This document shows, piece after piece, positions 1 through 9,808 of a stretch of 64,000 nucleotides of DNA; the first letter of the stretch is position 1; each line of letters opens with the position of its first letter. This DNA is from an uncultured Nitrospiraceae bacterium. GTDB lineage: Bacteria > Nitrospirota > Thermodesulfovibrionia > Thermodesulfovibrionales > SM23-35. Where the stretch lies: assembly GCA_963727775.1 (NCBI GenBank), contig CAVSHB010000001.1, positions 896,001-960,000 on the forward strand. The letters are read 5' to 3'. The position numbers were made by a program, and so were the translations under genes. The notes under the pieces are model-generated. The model did no database searches. It saw nothing but the letters and a program-made list of their open reading frames with translations, and had not been told where the DNA came from.

Positions 1-669
1 ATAGAAGGTTTTGGGGAGTTTTATATTTTTTTTAACACTGAGCCATTTATTGAAAACTCTATAAGACTTCTCAAGTACTTTCTTCTGCTGATTAGCGCCT
101 CTGCCTTTTTTATAGTCCATATAATATGAGGCGTCATCCCCAAAAACTTCCTTCACAGTATTTAAAAAAATAGTGTTGCCTTCCTTCTCGGCTTTCTTGA
201 CTTCATAAAAGAAACCTTCAAGAGTGATCATGAGGGTGTCAATTTCATCCATCATTATTTGAATAGCTGCCTGTGAGAAGTCTCTGAGACAGAACCCTGA
301 AACCCGATGAAGCGGAAACGTTTGTTCTTCAGACGAATATAGGTATGGGTGAAAATTGATAGCCAAAAGTTGAAGTGCGGAATATTCTGACGCAGACATA
401 TTAAAGTCTTTTTGCCATTTCTGAAGGGTTTTTCCACTCATTATCGCATTGGCTTCTGCAAAGATATCGTGATCCCATCCTTTGCTCCTACCTTTGTATT
501 TCTTCTTTTTAGTGTAATAATTATCGGACAGAGAATCTTCTCTTTTTTTTCTTTTAGCCGGGACTTCAGGAAGATTTTGCAGACAACTATTGCACTCTTT
601 GCCATGGCAAAAAATTGATTTGTTTACATTTAGTTTCACTACCGGGCAGAAAATGATATCCTTTCCCAT
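1..669 (-). CDS. hypothetical protein, partial (runs off the window start)
   Basis: Hand translation from ATG at 669 (MGKDIIFCPVVKLNVNKSIFCHGKECNSC...) is open to position 1; purine-rich RBS upstream; absent from the ORF track because its stop lies outside the window. Confidence 0.6.
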   Translation of the reverse strand, partial: MGKDIIFCPVVKLNVNKSIFCHGKECNSCLQNLPEVPAKRKKREDSLSDNYYTKKKKYKGRSKGWDHDIFAEANAIMSGKTLQKWQKDFNMSASEYSALQLLAINFHPYLYSSEEQTFPLHRVSGFCLRDFSQAAIQIMMDEIDTLMITLEGFFYEVKKAEKEGNTIFLNTVKEVFGDDASYYMDYKKGRGANQQKKVLEKSYRVFNKWLSVKKNIKLPKTFY

Positions 670-926
670 TTATTTTTCCACTCTCCTTTGCACTTCTCCT
701 TAAGCTCTCAAGCCTGTGCTTGAGAGTGCTGCAGCTTTTAGCCTCATTATGCTAGCTTTTGAATATTTATCTACTTAATCTCTTCTTATAAATCCTTCTT
801 CTGCTAATATCTTTTACCAAATTTCTTATTATAACTTGATGGTAGTCAGTGAGAAAAGTTGCACTTTTGATGTCGAAATGCCTCCTGTAGAAATGTTGAT
901 TCTGTCCGACGCATTTTTATGTGAAA

Positions 927-1100
927 ATTAATGACTGAAGATACTGAAGATACTTTTTTAAATAAATATAAAATGTTTTTTTAATAACAATTTTATTAAA
1001 AATATAAAAGTATCTTCAGTATCTTCAGTCATTAATCCAATATAAAATGCATAAAGAAGCTGTAGAAAGAATATCTAAAAAGTATCTTCAGTATCTTCAG
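927..1100. repeat. iteron-like inverted/direct repeats in AT-rich DNA
   Basis: 31-bp perfect inverted repeat 927-957 / 1006-1036 built on tandem ACTGAAGAT units; third copy at 1077-1100. Confidence 0.85.
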
Positions 1101-1386
1101 AAAAAACTAAGATAGTAACACCGTCGAGCTTTCTTAACAGTCTACGGAGTATAACCAGAAAGTATTATAAAGACACAAACATGCCTTTGCCCAAAAAATT
1201 GAGGATTTAATTCCACTTGCGTAGTCCTATATCTTTTCTCCTGCACTTGTTATTTTTATGCACTTTCCATAATATAGCAGAAGAAATATAGTACATGAAG
1301 GTGTATATCATGCGCCGCAAGATGGTGAGTACAATAATCAAAAGACAAGGCCCTTCAACTGAGATTCCCCGATTTATAAGATAAAG

Positions 1387-2442
1387 ATGAAAGATTTGAT
1401 AGGCGTGGAACTATTTTCAGGAGCTGGGGGCATGTCCTTGGGTGCAATGCAAGCAGGGATTGAAACCCAGTTGGCAGTCGAAGTGAATTGCTACGCGGCC
1501 GCAACGTTTGCTTCAAATATAAAAAACACAACTGTTGTTGTGGATGATATTAAAAATATCAAAGAGTTTAAGTTGAAAAAAAAGGCCCCAATAATTTTAT
1601 TCGGGGGGCCACCATGCCAGGGATTTTCAAGTTCCAATCAGAAAAACAGAACTGTTGAAAATCCTCGGAACTGGTTGTTTAAGGAATTTATGCGATGTGC
1701 TAAGCTGGTTATGCCTGACTGGATTGTTATAGAAAATGTTAAAGGTTTAGCAGAAATGCAAAACGGTTTCTTTCTTAAAGAGATATTTAAAAATTTATAC
1801 AAGATAGGTTATACAATTAATTTCAAAGTCTTAAATGCAGAAGATTATGGTGTGCCTCAAAAGCGAGAAAGAGTTTTTATTGTTGCTTCTCTTCACGGAA
1901 TTGCTTTCAGTTTTCCTCCTCCGATGAATGACAGACCTATCATTGTTAAAGATGCAATTTCTGATCTGCCTGAGCTAGCAAATGGAACCATGGAATATAA
2001 AATGGATTACCGGTCTTCTCCGTTTTCTAATTATGCAAAAATAATGCGAGGGAGAAAAAAAAAATCTCTTAACAATTATGTTACAAAAAACTCTGATTTA
2101 GTTGTCAAAAGATATGAACATATTCCGCAGGGAGGTAATTGGCAGAATATCCCGCAAGAATTAATGTTGAATTACAAAGACCACACAAGGTGTCATCATG
2201 GTATTTACAGACGGTTATCTGAAAACCAACCATCTGTTGTGATAGGGAATTATAGGAAGAATATGCTTATCCATCCCACGCAGAACAGAGGGCTTTCAGT
2301 GCGAGAGGCAGCAAGACTTCAGTCTTTCCCTGATTGGTTTGAGTTTAAAGGTCCTTTAATAAGCCAGCAACAGCAAGTTGGGGATGCTGTTCCACCGCTA
2401 TTAGCTAAAGAAGTATTCAAAAGAATCATTGAATCGAGTTGA
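1387..2442 (+). CDS. dcm: DNA (cytosine-5)-methyltransferase
   Basis: Motifs ELFSGAGG, GGPPCQ, ENV, QKRERVF, RLQSFPD, GDAVPP. Confidence 0.95.
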   Translation: MKDLIGVELFSGAGGMSLGAMQAGIETQLAVEVNCYAAATFASNIKNTTVVVDDIKNIKEFKLKKKAPIILFGGPPCQGFSSSNQKNRTVENPRNWLFKEFMRCAKLVMPDWIVIENVKGLAEMQNGFFLKEIFKNLYKIGYTINFKVLNAEDYGVPQKRERVFIVASLHGIAFSFPPPMNDRPIIVKDAISDLPELANGTMEYKMDYRSSPFSNYAKIMRGRKKKSLNNYVTKNSDLVVKRYEHIPQGGNWQNIPQELMLNYKDHTRCHHGIYRRLSENQPSVVIGNYRKNMLIHPTQNRGLSVREAARLQSFPDWFEFKGPLISQQQQVGDAVPPLLAKEVFKRIIESS

Positions 2443-2443
2443 T

Positions 2444-3487
2444 ATGGAGTTAAATAGAAAGACACTTGAAGCTTGGTTAGAAGATCCGCCCGCTGAAGCG
2501 TTTTTCTTAGGAAGGAAGGTGGCTTTTTATTCTTATTATAGGACCCTTAAGGATTATCTTGATAGAGAAGTACATAAATGGGTTACTATAGGTGCGAATC
2601 TGAAAGATCCAAGTATTGTATTAAATGATCATGGACCAGACCATATAGTTTCAGTAATTGATAGGGCAAGCCTCTTGGTTTCTTGTAGAGACTGCACCTT
2701 AAATGCATTAGAAGTTTATCTCCTATTAGTGTCTATCCAGCTTCACGATACAGGAAATATTTTTGGCAGATATGAACATGAACTAAATGCAGAAAAAGTT
2801 ATGTCTGAAGCGGAGAAAAGATGTGGTCGCGATCAAATTGAAATCGCTATTGTCAAAAAAATAGTCGGAGCACATGGAGGAAGAATCAGAGGGATATCAA
2901 ATGGTTATGATAAAATTGGCTTTCTAAGTCCTTTGGAACCTATTATGAATGAAACGATTAGGCTTCAATCGATAGCAGGCATACTGAGGTTTGCTGACGA
3001 ATTAGCTGATGACAAGAGTAGAGCTAACATAATTTCATTAAAGAGCGGTGATATGCCTAAGAAGAGCGAGGTATTTCATGCCTATTCTTCTTCCTTAGAC
3101 TCTGTTTTAATTAAACACGAAGACAAAGCTGTTGAATTGTATTTTAAAATTCCAAAGGATTTTACAACTCGGAAGTTTGGCAAATTAGATGATGAGGTAT
3201 ACCTATTGGATGAAATATACAACAGAATCATGAAAATGCATCTGGAAAGAATATATTGCATGAGGTTTTGTAAGCGCCTAATAGATATTGAAAAAATTTG
3301 TGTATCAATTATTTTTTATGACAATTATATCGATGATATTTTCCCTCGCATAAGTTTTCAACTTAGTGAGTGGGGTTATCCTCAGGCGAACGAAGATGGC
3401 ATATACGGCCTGTGCCCATCTTTGAAAAATGCGGAAGGTGAAAAAATCAATGGTGAATATGTGAAAAACAAAATATTAGGTGCCTAA
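2444..3487 (+). CDS. HD-superfamily phosphohydrolase (conflict-system type)
   Basis: DHGPDH...LHDTG...AHG...RFADELADD; ATG 1 nt after the dcm stop (alternative TTG start 2429). Confidence 0.75.
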   Translation: MELNRKTLEAWLEDPPAEAFFLGRKVAFYSYYRTLKDYLDREVHKWVTIGANLKDPSIVLNDHGPDHIVSVIDRASLLVSCRDCTLNALEVYLLLVSIQLHDTGNIFGRYEHELNAEKVMSEAEKRCGRDQIEIAIVKKIVGAHGGRIRGISNGYDKIGFLSPLEPIMNETIRLQSIAGILRFADELADDKSRANIISLKSGDMPKKSEVFHAYSSSLDSVLIKHEDKAVELYFKIPKDFTTRKFGKLDDEVYLLDEIYNRIMKMHLERIYCMRFCKRLIDIEKICVSIIFYDNYIDDIFPRISFQLSEWGYPQANEDGIYGLCPSLKNAEGEKINGEYVKNKILGA

Positions 3488-3489
3488 AA

Positions 3490-5262
3490 ATGAAAAGTCC
3501 GTTTGAATATACGACTCCTGAGGCTATTCCGGCAAAGGACATTATCGATTTGTTTGTGCCTGTTTTCGGTGAGTATTACAATGTCCCGAATGTAGGCCAT
3601 ACGTTTATAAATGGGCCAAGAGGCTGCGGAAAAAGCATGATGTTCAGATACATGGGGCCTGACTGCCAAATCCTTGCTTGCAATAAGAAGATTTGTGAAT
3701 TAGATTATTTTGCTATTCACATACCAATAAAAGAAGGACAGCTAGATAAGACCGACCTTAGCCTACTTGAGGACAAGCATGGAGAATCGCTCCTTAATGA
3801 ACACTTCATGGTAGTAAATTTTGCAATAAAGATTTTCGAGAAGTTAGGTGATACAGAAATTGATAGTTCTGTTGTAAACATTGATGCATTAAGAACTTTT
3901 TACAATGATTCTTTTTTGAAACTATTGAATTATGCAAGGTGGGATAGAAGTATTGCATTACCTTCAGAAGTAGAGAATTGCAAGTCTTTTTTTTACCATA
4001 TGAAAGAAGTATGCTCAGAGATAAACAGAGAGTTTACGCAGAACTTTATATATAAGTTAGTAGGTGTGACAACTCCTTTGCCTTATGAGGGGCCAATCTG
4101 TTTGTTTTCTGATTTTTTATTGCCAATTCTAACTAAAATAAAAGAATTGCCTTTTATGCCTAAAGGGCCTATTTATTTGTTGATTGATGATGCTGATAAC
4201 CTAAATAGAATTCAAACCAAGATTCTTAATACGTGGGTATCAATGCGTACCTCTAAATCTGTTAGTTTTAAGATATCAACACAGTTAAATTATAAAACCT
4301 ATAGGACAATTAATAATTCAAGGATTGATACACCACATGATTATTCGGAGATTAACATATCAGATATTTATACTGCGAAGAAAAGTTTATATAAAGCAAG
4401 AGTTAAAGAGGCCGTTGAAAGGCGATTAAATAAGTTTGGGTATAGAGATGTCGGAGCAGAGTCATTTTTCCCACAGGACATGGAGCAGGATAAAAAGATA
4501 AAATCGATATTTATTGAATACCAGAATAAATATGAAGGGAAGCGAGGCTATGATTATGCATATCGATATGCCAGACCGGATTTTATGAAATCTTTAAAGG
4601 GTAATTTAGATACATTTAGTTATGCCGGTTTTGACAACTTGGTGAACATATCTTCTGGGATAATGAGGCACTTTATTGATTTTGCAAATCATATGTATGC
4701 CCACCAAATTGCAAAAACAGGGGGAAAAGATTTTACTTATATCGAACCGAGCATTCAGGATTACGAAGTTAAAGAATATTCAAATTGGTTTTTTGATGAA
4801 AATTTTTCAAAGTTGAGAGGTGATGCTGAAAATACAACTGAAACAATTAATGCTTTCGATAAACTCCGTAATTTAATTGAGGCCTTGGGACAAACCTTTA
4901 ACTTAATTCTTTTTTCTGATGCGACGGAGAGAAGGGTTTTTTCTTTTGCACTGCAAAATGATCCTGATGCTGAGCTTAGGAGAATTTTAAACTTGGGTGT
5001 TCAGAATGGATACTTTCAAAAATCACTTATTGGAAATAAAATGGGAACTGGGAAAGCAAGACTTTACATTTTAAATAGATTGCTGGCTCCTCATTTCAAG
5101 CTTGATCCGACGAGTTTTGCTGGGTACAAATTTGTCACGTGTGATGTCTTGAAAGAAGCATTATATAAACCCAATACTGTTGTTGGGCGAGTAAAGACAC
5201 AAGGGGTTGATAATGTTTTTGAAGATCCGCAACATTCTCTCTTCAGAGAGAATGAATTATGA
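3490..5262 (+). CDS. P-loop ATPase, ORC/CDC6-like
   Basis: Walker A GPRGCGKS, Walker B LLIDDAD, downstream SSGIMRHF; 590 aa. Confidence 0.75.
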   Translation: MKSPFEYTTPEAIPAKDIIDLFVPVFGEYYNVPNVGHTFINGPRGCGKSMMFRYMGPDCQILACNKKICELDYFAIHIPIKEGQLDKTDLSLLEDKHGESLLNEHFMVVNFAIKIFEKLGDTEIDSSVVNIDALRTFYNDSFLKLLNYARWDRSIALPSEVENCKSFFYHMKEVCSEINREFTQNFIYKLVGVTTPLPYEGPICLFSDFLLPILTKIKELPFMPKGPIYLLIDDADNLNRIQTKILNTWVSMRTSKSVSFKISTQLNYKTYRTINNSRIDTPHDYSEINISDIYTAKKSLYKARVKEAVERRLNKFGYRDVGAESFFPQDMEQDKKIKSIFIEYQNKYEGKRGYDYAYRYARPDFMKSLKGNLDTFSYAGFDNLVNISSGIMRHFIDFANHMYAHQIAKTGGKDFTYIEPSIQDYEVKEYSNWFFDENFSKLRGDAENTTETINAFDKLRNLIEALGQTFNLILFSDATERRVFSFALQNDPDAELRRILNLGVQNGYFQKSLIGNKMGTGKARLYILNRLLAPHFKLDPTSFAGYKFVTCDVLKEALYKPNTVVGRVKTQGVDNVFEDPQHSLFRENEL

Positions 5263-6218
5263 TAAAAATGCAACTTGGCCAGATTACAAAATCTATAAAA
5301 GACAAGATTGATGTGTTTATTTGTTCTTCAAGCTTTGAAGAACGGTGTTTTGCTGTTCCTGCCGAAGCAGCAATGCTGAACATTACTTCTAAGTTAATTT
5401 TTTATATATCAGATTTAGATGATATCATTGCTCAAAATGCCGATAAACTTGTGGCAGTTCTTGGTGATGCTTCACGAAAAATTGAGCTGCAAATATGTGA
5501 CCCAGCCCTATCACTTAAAAACATGAGTAATGCTTTGAGTGAAGTCTTTTCTGGAGAGAACCCACAATGCTATTTATTGGATATAACGACTTTTACACAT
5601 GAGGGCTTATTAATGCTGTTTAAGCTGCTTCAACTCAGATTGAAAAAAAATGATAGATTATTTTTATGTTATAACGGTGCTAAAGAATATTCATATAACG
5701 AGTCAACTCCTGAGAAGAAATGGCTTTCAAAAGGTGTCAAGACAGTTAGGTCAATATTAGGATATCCTGGATTATTAGACCCATCCAAAAAAAATCATTT
5801 GGTTATTTTGTTTGGCTTTGAGAGAGAACGCACAATGCGGCTGATTGATATCTTCGAGTACGATTTAGTTTCTCTTGCATTTGGGAGCAAAAATGCCTCA
5901 ATAAATGAAAACCATCAGCAGTTAAATGAAACTCGTCATGAAGAATTACTTAAACTTTATCCAAGCGCACAAAAGTTCGAAGTTTCTCTCATTGACGCCA
6001 GCGAAACAAAAGCACAACTCCTCACATATATTGGAGAATTTTCTGAATACAATACAGTCATTGTCCCCATGAATAATAAGATATCATCGCTAGGTGCAGG
6101 ATTAGCGGCGATAGAAAATCCTGAAATTCAGTTATGTTATGTCACTGCTAATCAGTATAATCTCGAAGGTTATTCCCACCCAAGCGACGAATGCTACTTA
6201 TTTGAAGTAACATTTTAG
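5259..6218 (+). CDS. hypothetical protein, tandem Rossmann/CARF-like repeats
   Basis: ATGA overlap with the ATPase; internal repeat SSSFEER...LDITTFTH versus LFGFERER...VPMNNK; fold is inferred. Confidence 0.6.
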   Translation: MIKMQLGQITKSIKDKIDVFICSSSFEERCFAVPAEAAMLNITSKLIFYISDLDDIIAQNADKLVAVLGDASRKIELQICDPALSLKNMSNALSEVFSGENPQCYLLDITTFTHEGLLMLFKLLQLRLKKNDRLFLCYNGAKEYSYNESTPEKKWLSKGVKTVRSILGYPGLLDPSKKNHLVILFGFERERTMRLIDIFEYDLVSLAFGSKNASINENHQQLNETRHEELLKLYPSAQKFEVSLIDASETKAQLLTYIGEFSEYNTVIVPMNNKISSLGAGLAAIENPEIQLCYVTANQYNLEGYSHPSDECYLFEVTF

Positions 6219-6365
6219 GAAGAGAATTCATATTTATTGAATCTGTGATGATAGCTTTGAGAAGGTTTTGCTATCTTTGTCTTTCCGTAATTGGTATTCC
6301 CAAAGGCTGTAAACGATAGGCACACGCAAATCTTTGCTATTATATCTAAGAACCAACAATAACAA

Positions 6366-6806
6366 TCAAATATTACTTCCTTTTCTTCTCTTGATCACAG
6401 CAAGAACCTTGGAAACACACACGTCAGTTCTTCTTGAAATTGTGTCGCCCCAAAAGCGTAATACAATCCATCCATTTTTTCTTAGGTATCTATTAACTCT
6501 TTTGTCTCTTTCGATATTATTCTCAATCTTTTTATGCCAAAATGCTTTGTTCGATTTTATATTTTGTTTTGCTCTGCTCCAATCCTTTCCATGCCAGAAT
6601 TCACTGTCACAAAAGATAGCTATTCTTAAAGACACCAATGCAATATCTGGAGTTCCTTTTATCCTCCGATAGTTTCTTCTATACCTCAAACCGTTAGACC
6701 ATAATGCCCTAGCAAGCGTATTTTCAATAATCGTATTGCAACCCCTGATAGCCTGCATGTTCTTTCTTCGATGCTCTTTTGATAAGTTGTCCATGAATAT
6801 TTTCAC
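6366..6806 (-). CDS. vsr: very short patch repair endonuclease
   Basis: MDNLSKEHRRKNMQAI, GTPDI, FCDSEFWHG, GWIVLRFW. Confidence 0.93.
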   Translation of the reverse strand: MKIFMDNLSKEHRRKNMQAIRGCNTIIENTLARALWSNGLRYRRNYRRIKGTPDIALVSLRIAIFCDSEFWHGKDWSRAKQNIKSNKAFWHKKIENNIERDKRVNRYLRKNGWIVLRFWGDTISRRTDVCVSKVLAVIKRRKGSNI

Positions 6807-6895
6807 TTCTCCAATTTTAATAAATGGCTTTTGTGTTAAGTGATGATTGTGGTAGCATAGTACGTCATATTTTAATTATTGTGGAGTAAATACCA

Positions 6896-7549
6896 ATGGT
6901 TGTTCAAGATGATCGCAGAGAACAAGAGTTAATTGAACGCTTTAACCTTCAATATGTTGAGGGCAGATCAAGCACAGATGCAAAGCTTGAGTTGGATGGT
7001 CAAACAATTTACTTCGAACTTAAATCTACAACAACAGGGTCTGTCACGACAGTTCGTGACTTTGGGCCCGATCACATTAAAAAATGGCAAGGTAAGCACT
7101 GGCTTATTGGTATTTATAACAGCGATCAGATATTGCAACACTGCTTGTATGGTTCCCCAAGAGACATGGAACCATGGATTAAAAAAAAGGAGCAATATAT
7201 TGCATTAGATTTTAATTTAGCTCGGGTTACACCTCCGTTAATCACAGAAGAAACTATGTATGGCCTATTAGGCAAGAAAGAAGTTTATAGTCTTAAAGAT
7301 GCATTTCATATTCAAAAAAGACAGTATTCCAGACAAGACTATAACTCATTAATGGACGTGAAGACTGGTTATTCTCCAGCACGGATGCTACAGATTATCC
7401 GGGAGCGGTGTCAGTACGTTATGGAACGTGGGTCAACCCTTAATAATCCACATATCCCAAGTGCATATTTCAAAGGATGGGAACAAATTGCGCCGGGTGA
7501 TATTAATAAACTTCACGAAAAAATTCGTGTCTATCTACAAAATTCTTGA
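6896..7549 (+). CDS. putative type II restriction endonuclease (PD-(D/E)xK)
   Basis: TDAK...FELKS motif; overlaps a convergent C5 MTase. Confidence 0.6.
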   Translation: MVVQDDRREQELIERFNLQYVEGRSSTDAKLELDGQTIYFELKSTTTGSVTTVRDFGPDHIKKWQGKHWLIGIYNSDQILQHCLYGSPRDMEPWIKKKEQYIALDFNLARVTPPLITEETMYGLLGKKEVYSLKDAFHIQKRQYSRQDYNSLMDVKTGYSPARMLQIIRERCQYVMERGSTLNNPHIPSAYFKGWEQIAPGDINKLHEKIRVYLQNS

Positions 7550-8785
7550 TAGTGCTTTAGCAATATTATATGCAACGGGAGGCGCAACTGAATTACCGAT
7601 AACTCCGATTGCCATATAAACGGGACAATCAAACTTCCAATAACTCGGAAATCCTTGTATAACTGCACAGTCCTCAACTGACAACCTAAAGTGGTTGTTT
7701 GTCGGTGGAAATAATCTTGCTTCTTCTCTATTTCTTGCAACGCCATTCGGCCATATTTGTAGCTTATCCCATTTCCGCAGTGCTGCTGTGCTACTAAGAA
7801 TGGATGTTGTATGTCTTGGCCCTGTCAATCCGCTACGTAATGTTGGAGCAAGCGAGTCATATCCGATTGAAGGTAATCCTAATGCCTCTCTAACCCCCAT
7901 GCATCTCTCAAGATTATCTGCTGAAGAATCTGCAAATAAGGTCAATGCTGCATCTGCTCTGTCTTCCAAAAAGCGACTTGCACTATGAGTAGGCTGTGGT
8001 TGTTTGAATTGTTTTGAAATATATCTCTTATTTGTCCCTACAAAGAAGATTCTTCTCCTTACTTGTGGAACGCCAAAATCATACGCATTAAGTCTAATAA
8101 TTGAAATGTCATAGATAATTTCCAATGGTTTTAAAATTACGCTTGATACATAATCCTTGAATTGCTTACTACCTAATGAAGGAACATTCTCGGCAACAAA
8201 ACATAATGGCTCTGCCTCAAGAACAGCACGAACAAATTCTGGGAACATATCTCTACTATCATTTTTGCCCAGTTGTTTGCCTGCTGTTGAAAAAGGCTGG
8301 CAAGGTGGACCTCCATGAATAACATTGACTTTTCCCCTATACTTCTTCCAATTGACTTTTCTGACATCACCCTTCTCCCCAGAATAAACGTTAATACTCG
8401 GATGATTATTCGTTAATATTTCAGCCCCAATTTCTAATATTTCGTATGAAGCAATATGTGTAAACCCTGCTAATTCAAATCCTATATCTAAGCCTCCACA
8501 GCCACTATATAATGAAATCGCTGTAAGTCCTTTCTTCTTAATCTGTTTCATAACATCTTCTGGTTTGAATAGGGGCATATTTATATCATGAATAGGTGAC
8601 GGCCCTTCTCCATTCAGAGCTTTTTTCTTTAGGCTGGCAGAGGACTTAGACCTGTTACTGTAAACTTCTCTTTCTTTATCGGTCAACGACCATCCATTAT
8701 ACCAAGGAGCTTCAGTGCCTCGATAATAATGTTCCAAGACCGCTTTTGATTTGTTGGTTTTTTGTTTTTTCATCTCTTTTATCAT
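7535..8785 (-). CDS. dcm: DNA (cytosine-5)-methyltransferase
   Basis: SLYSGCGG, GGPPCQ, ENV, QVRRRIF, GNSVAPP. Confidence 0.93.
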   Translation of the reverse strand: MIKEMKKQKTNKSKAVLEHYYRGTEAPWYNGWSLTDKEREVYSNRSKSSASLKKKALNGEGPSPIHDINMPLFKPEDVMKQIKKKGLTAISLYSGCGGLDIGFELAGFTHIASYEILEIGAEILTNNHPSINVYSGEKGDVRKVNWKKYRGKVNVIHGGPPCQPFSTAGKQLGKNDSRDMFPEFVRAVLEAEPLCFVAENVPSLGSKQFKDYVSSVILKPLEIIYDISIIRLNAYDFGVPQVRRRIFFVGTNKRYISKQFKQPQPTHSASRFLEDRADAALTLFADSSADNLERCMGVREALGLPSIGYDSLAPTLRSGLTGPRHTTSILSSTAALRKWDKLQIWPNGVARNREEARLFPPTNNHFRLSVEDCAVIQGFPSYWKFDCPVYMAIGVIGNSVAPPVAYNIAKALSRIL

Positions 8786-9077
8786 ATCACCTTAACGGAT
8801 TTCTATGGTGAAAATCCTCGTCAGTTTGTTTGTAATGAATTATGTCCGCTGAATATGAATGAAAACATTCATTTTGGGAAAAAGCATTGAATTTCAAGGT
8901 TACAATGAAGAGTTTCATGGATCAATTTGATATCTTTACAAAATATACAATTTTGTAAAATTTAAGGGTTAAAACTCGCAATAAAACCAAGGAATTGAGC
9001 GGTTTTCAGGCAAAATAACTTTACATTTGTGCTATAAGTAATGTAAAATATCATATGATAAACAAAGGATATCAGCC

Positions 9078-9662
9078 ATGTTGCCCATATTAAGGAGCAA
9101 AAAAGACCTAACAATTGCATTCAGTCAGAAGCTTCCAAAATATTTCCATAAGCACGAGATCGATGCAATCCTTGATACCGTCAAGCATAATGACAAGTAT
9201 GCTCTCTTGATAAACTTGTTATGGCAAACGGGTGCAAGGGTTTCGGAGATTCTAAATCTCAAGGTCGGGGACATAGATTTTCATAGCAAGGCATTACGAA
9301 TAATTACTCTAAAACAAAAGAACCACCCACAGCGAGCACTTCCAATACAAGGAACACTTCTTGGACAATTAGGCGCGTATATCGCTCTGAAACAGCTTCA
9401 AAAAGACGCCTATTTATTGAAGTTAACAAGACAGAGAGCTCACCAAATAATAATGGATGCTGTTCTAAAGGCTGGCTTTGACAAAGAAAGAGCCCATCCT
9501 CACACATTTAGGCACTCGTTTGCGGTGTTTTCAGTGCTGTCGGGAGTTCCAATTCTGGTAGTAAAAAATTGGTTAGGGCACAGTAATATCCAAAGTACCC
9601 TTGTTTATATGCAAGTACTGGGGAGTGATACGAGGAACTTTTACGAAGGTCTTCAATTCTGA
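9078..9662 (+). CDS. small tyrosine recombinase (catalytic domain only, resolvase-like)
   Basis: GARVSE, TLKQK, HTFRHS, LGHS, catalytic Y in TLVY; 194 aa. Confidence 0.9.
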   Translation: MLPILRSKKDLTIAFSQKLPKYFHKHEIDAILDTVKHNDKYALLINLLWQTGARVSEILNLKVGDIDFHSKALRIITLKQKNHPQRALPIQGTLLGQLGAYIALKQLQKDAYLLKLTRQRAHQIIMDAVLKAGFDKERAHPHTFRHSFAVFSVLSGVPILVVKNWLGHSNIQSTLVYMQVLGSDTRNFYEGLQF

Positions 9663-9808
9663 TTCTTTTAATATGCGAAAAGCAGGTCGAGTTTTGCCTT
9701 CTACACATATGGTCGCCTATCCTTCGGACTTGCCCACAATCATTTTACAGGCCCACCTTTACTGCCTTTACGAATCTATGTCTCGCGATATTTGATAACT
9801 ATTCAATA

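Noticed and set aside
255..618. Track ORFs 255-437 and 412-618
   Set aside because: They overlap the longer 1-669 minus-strand frame
927..1100. CRISPR array
   Set aside because: Repeats are in mixed orientation, spacers are low complexity and no cas genes are present
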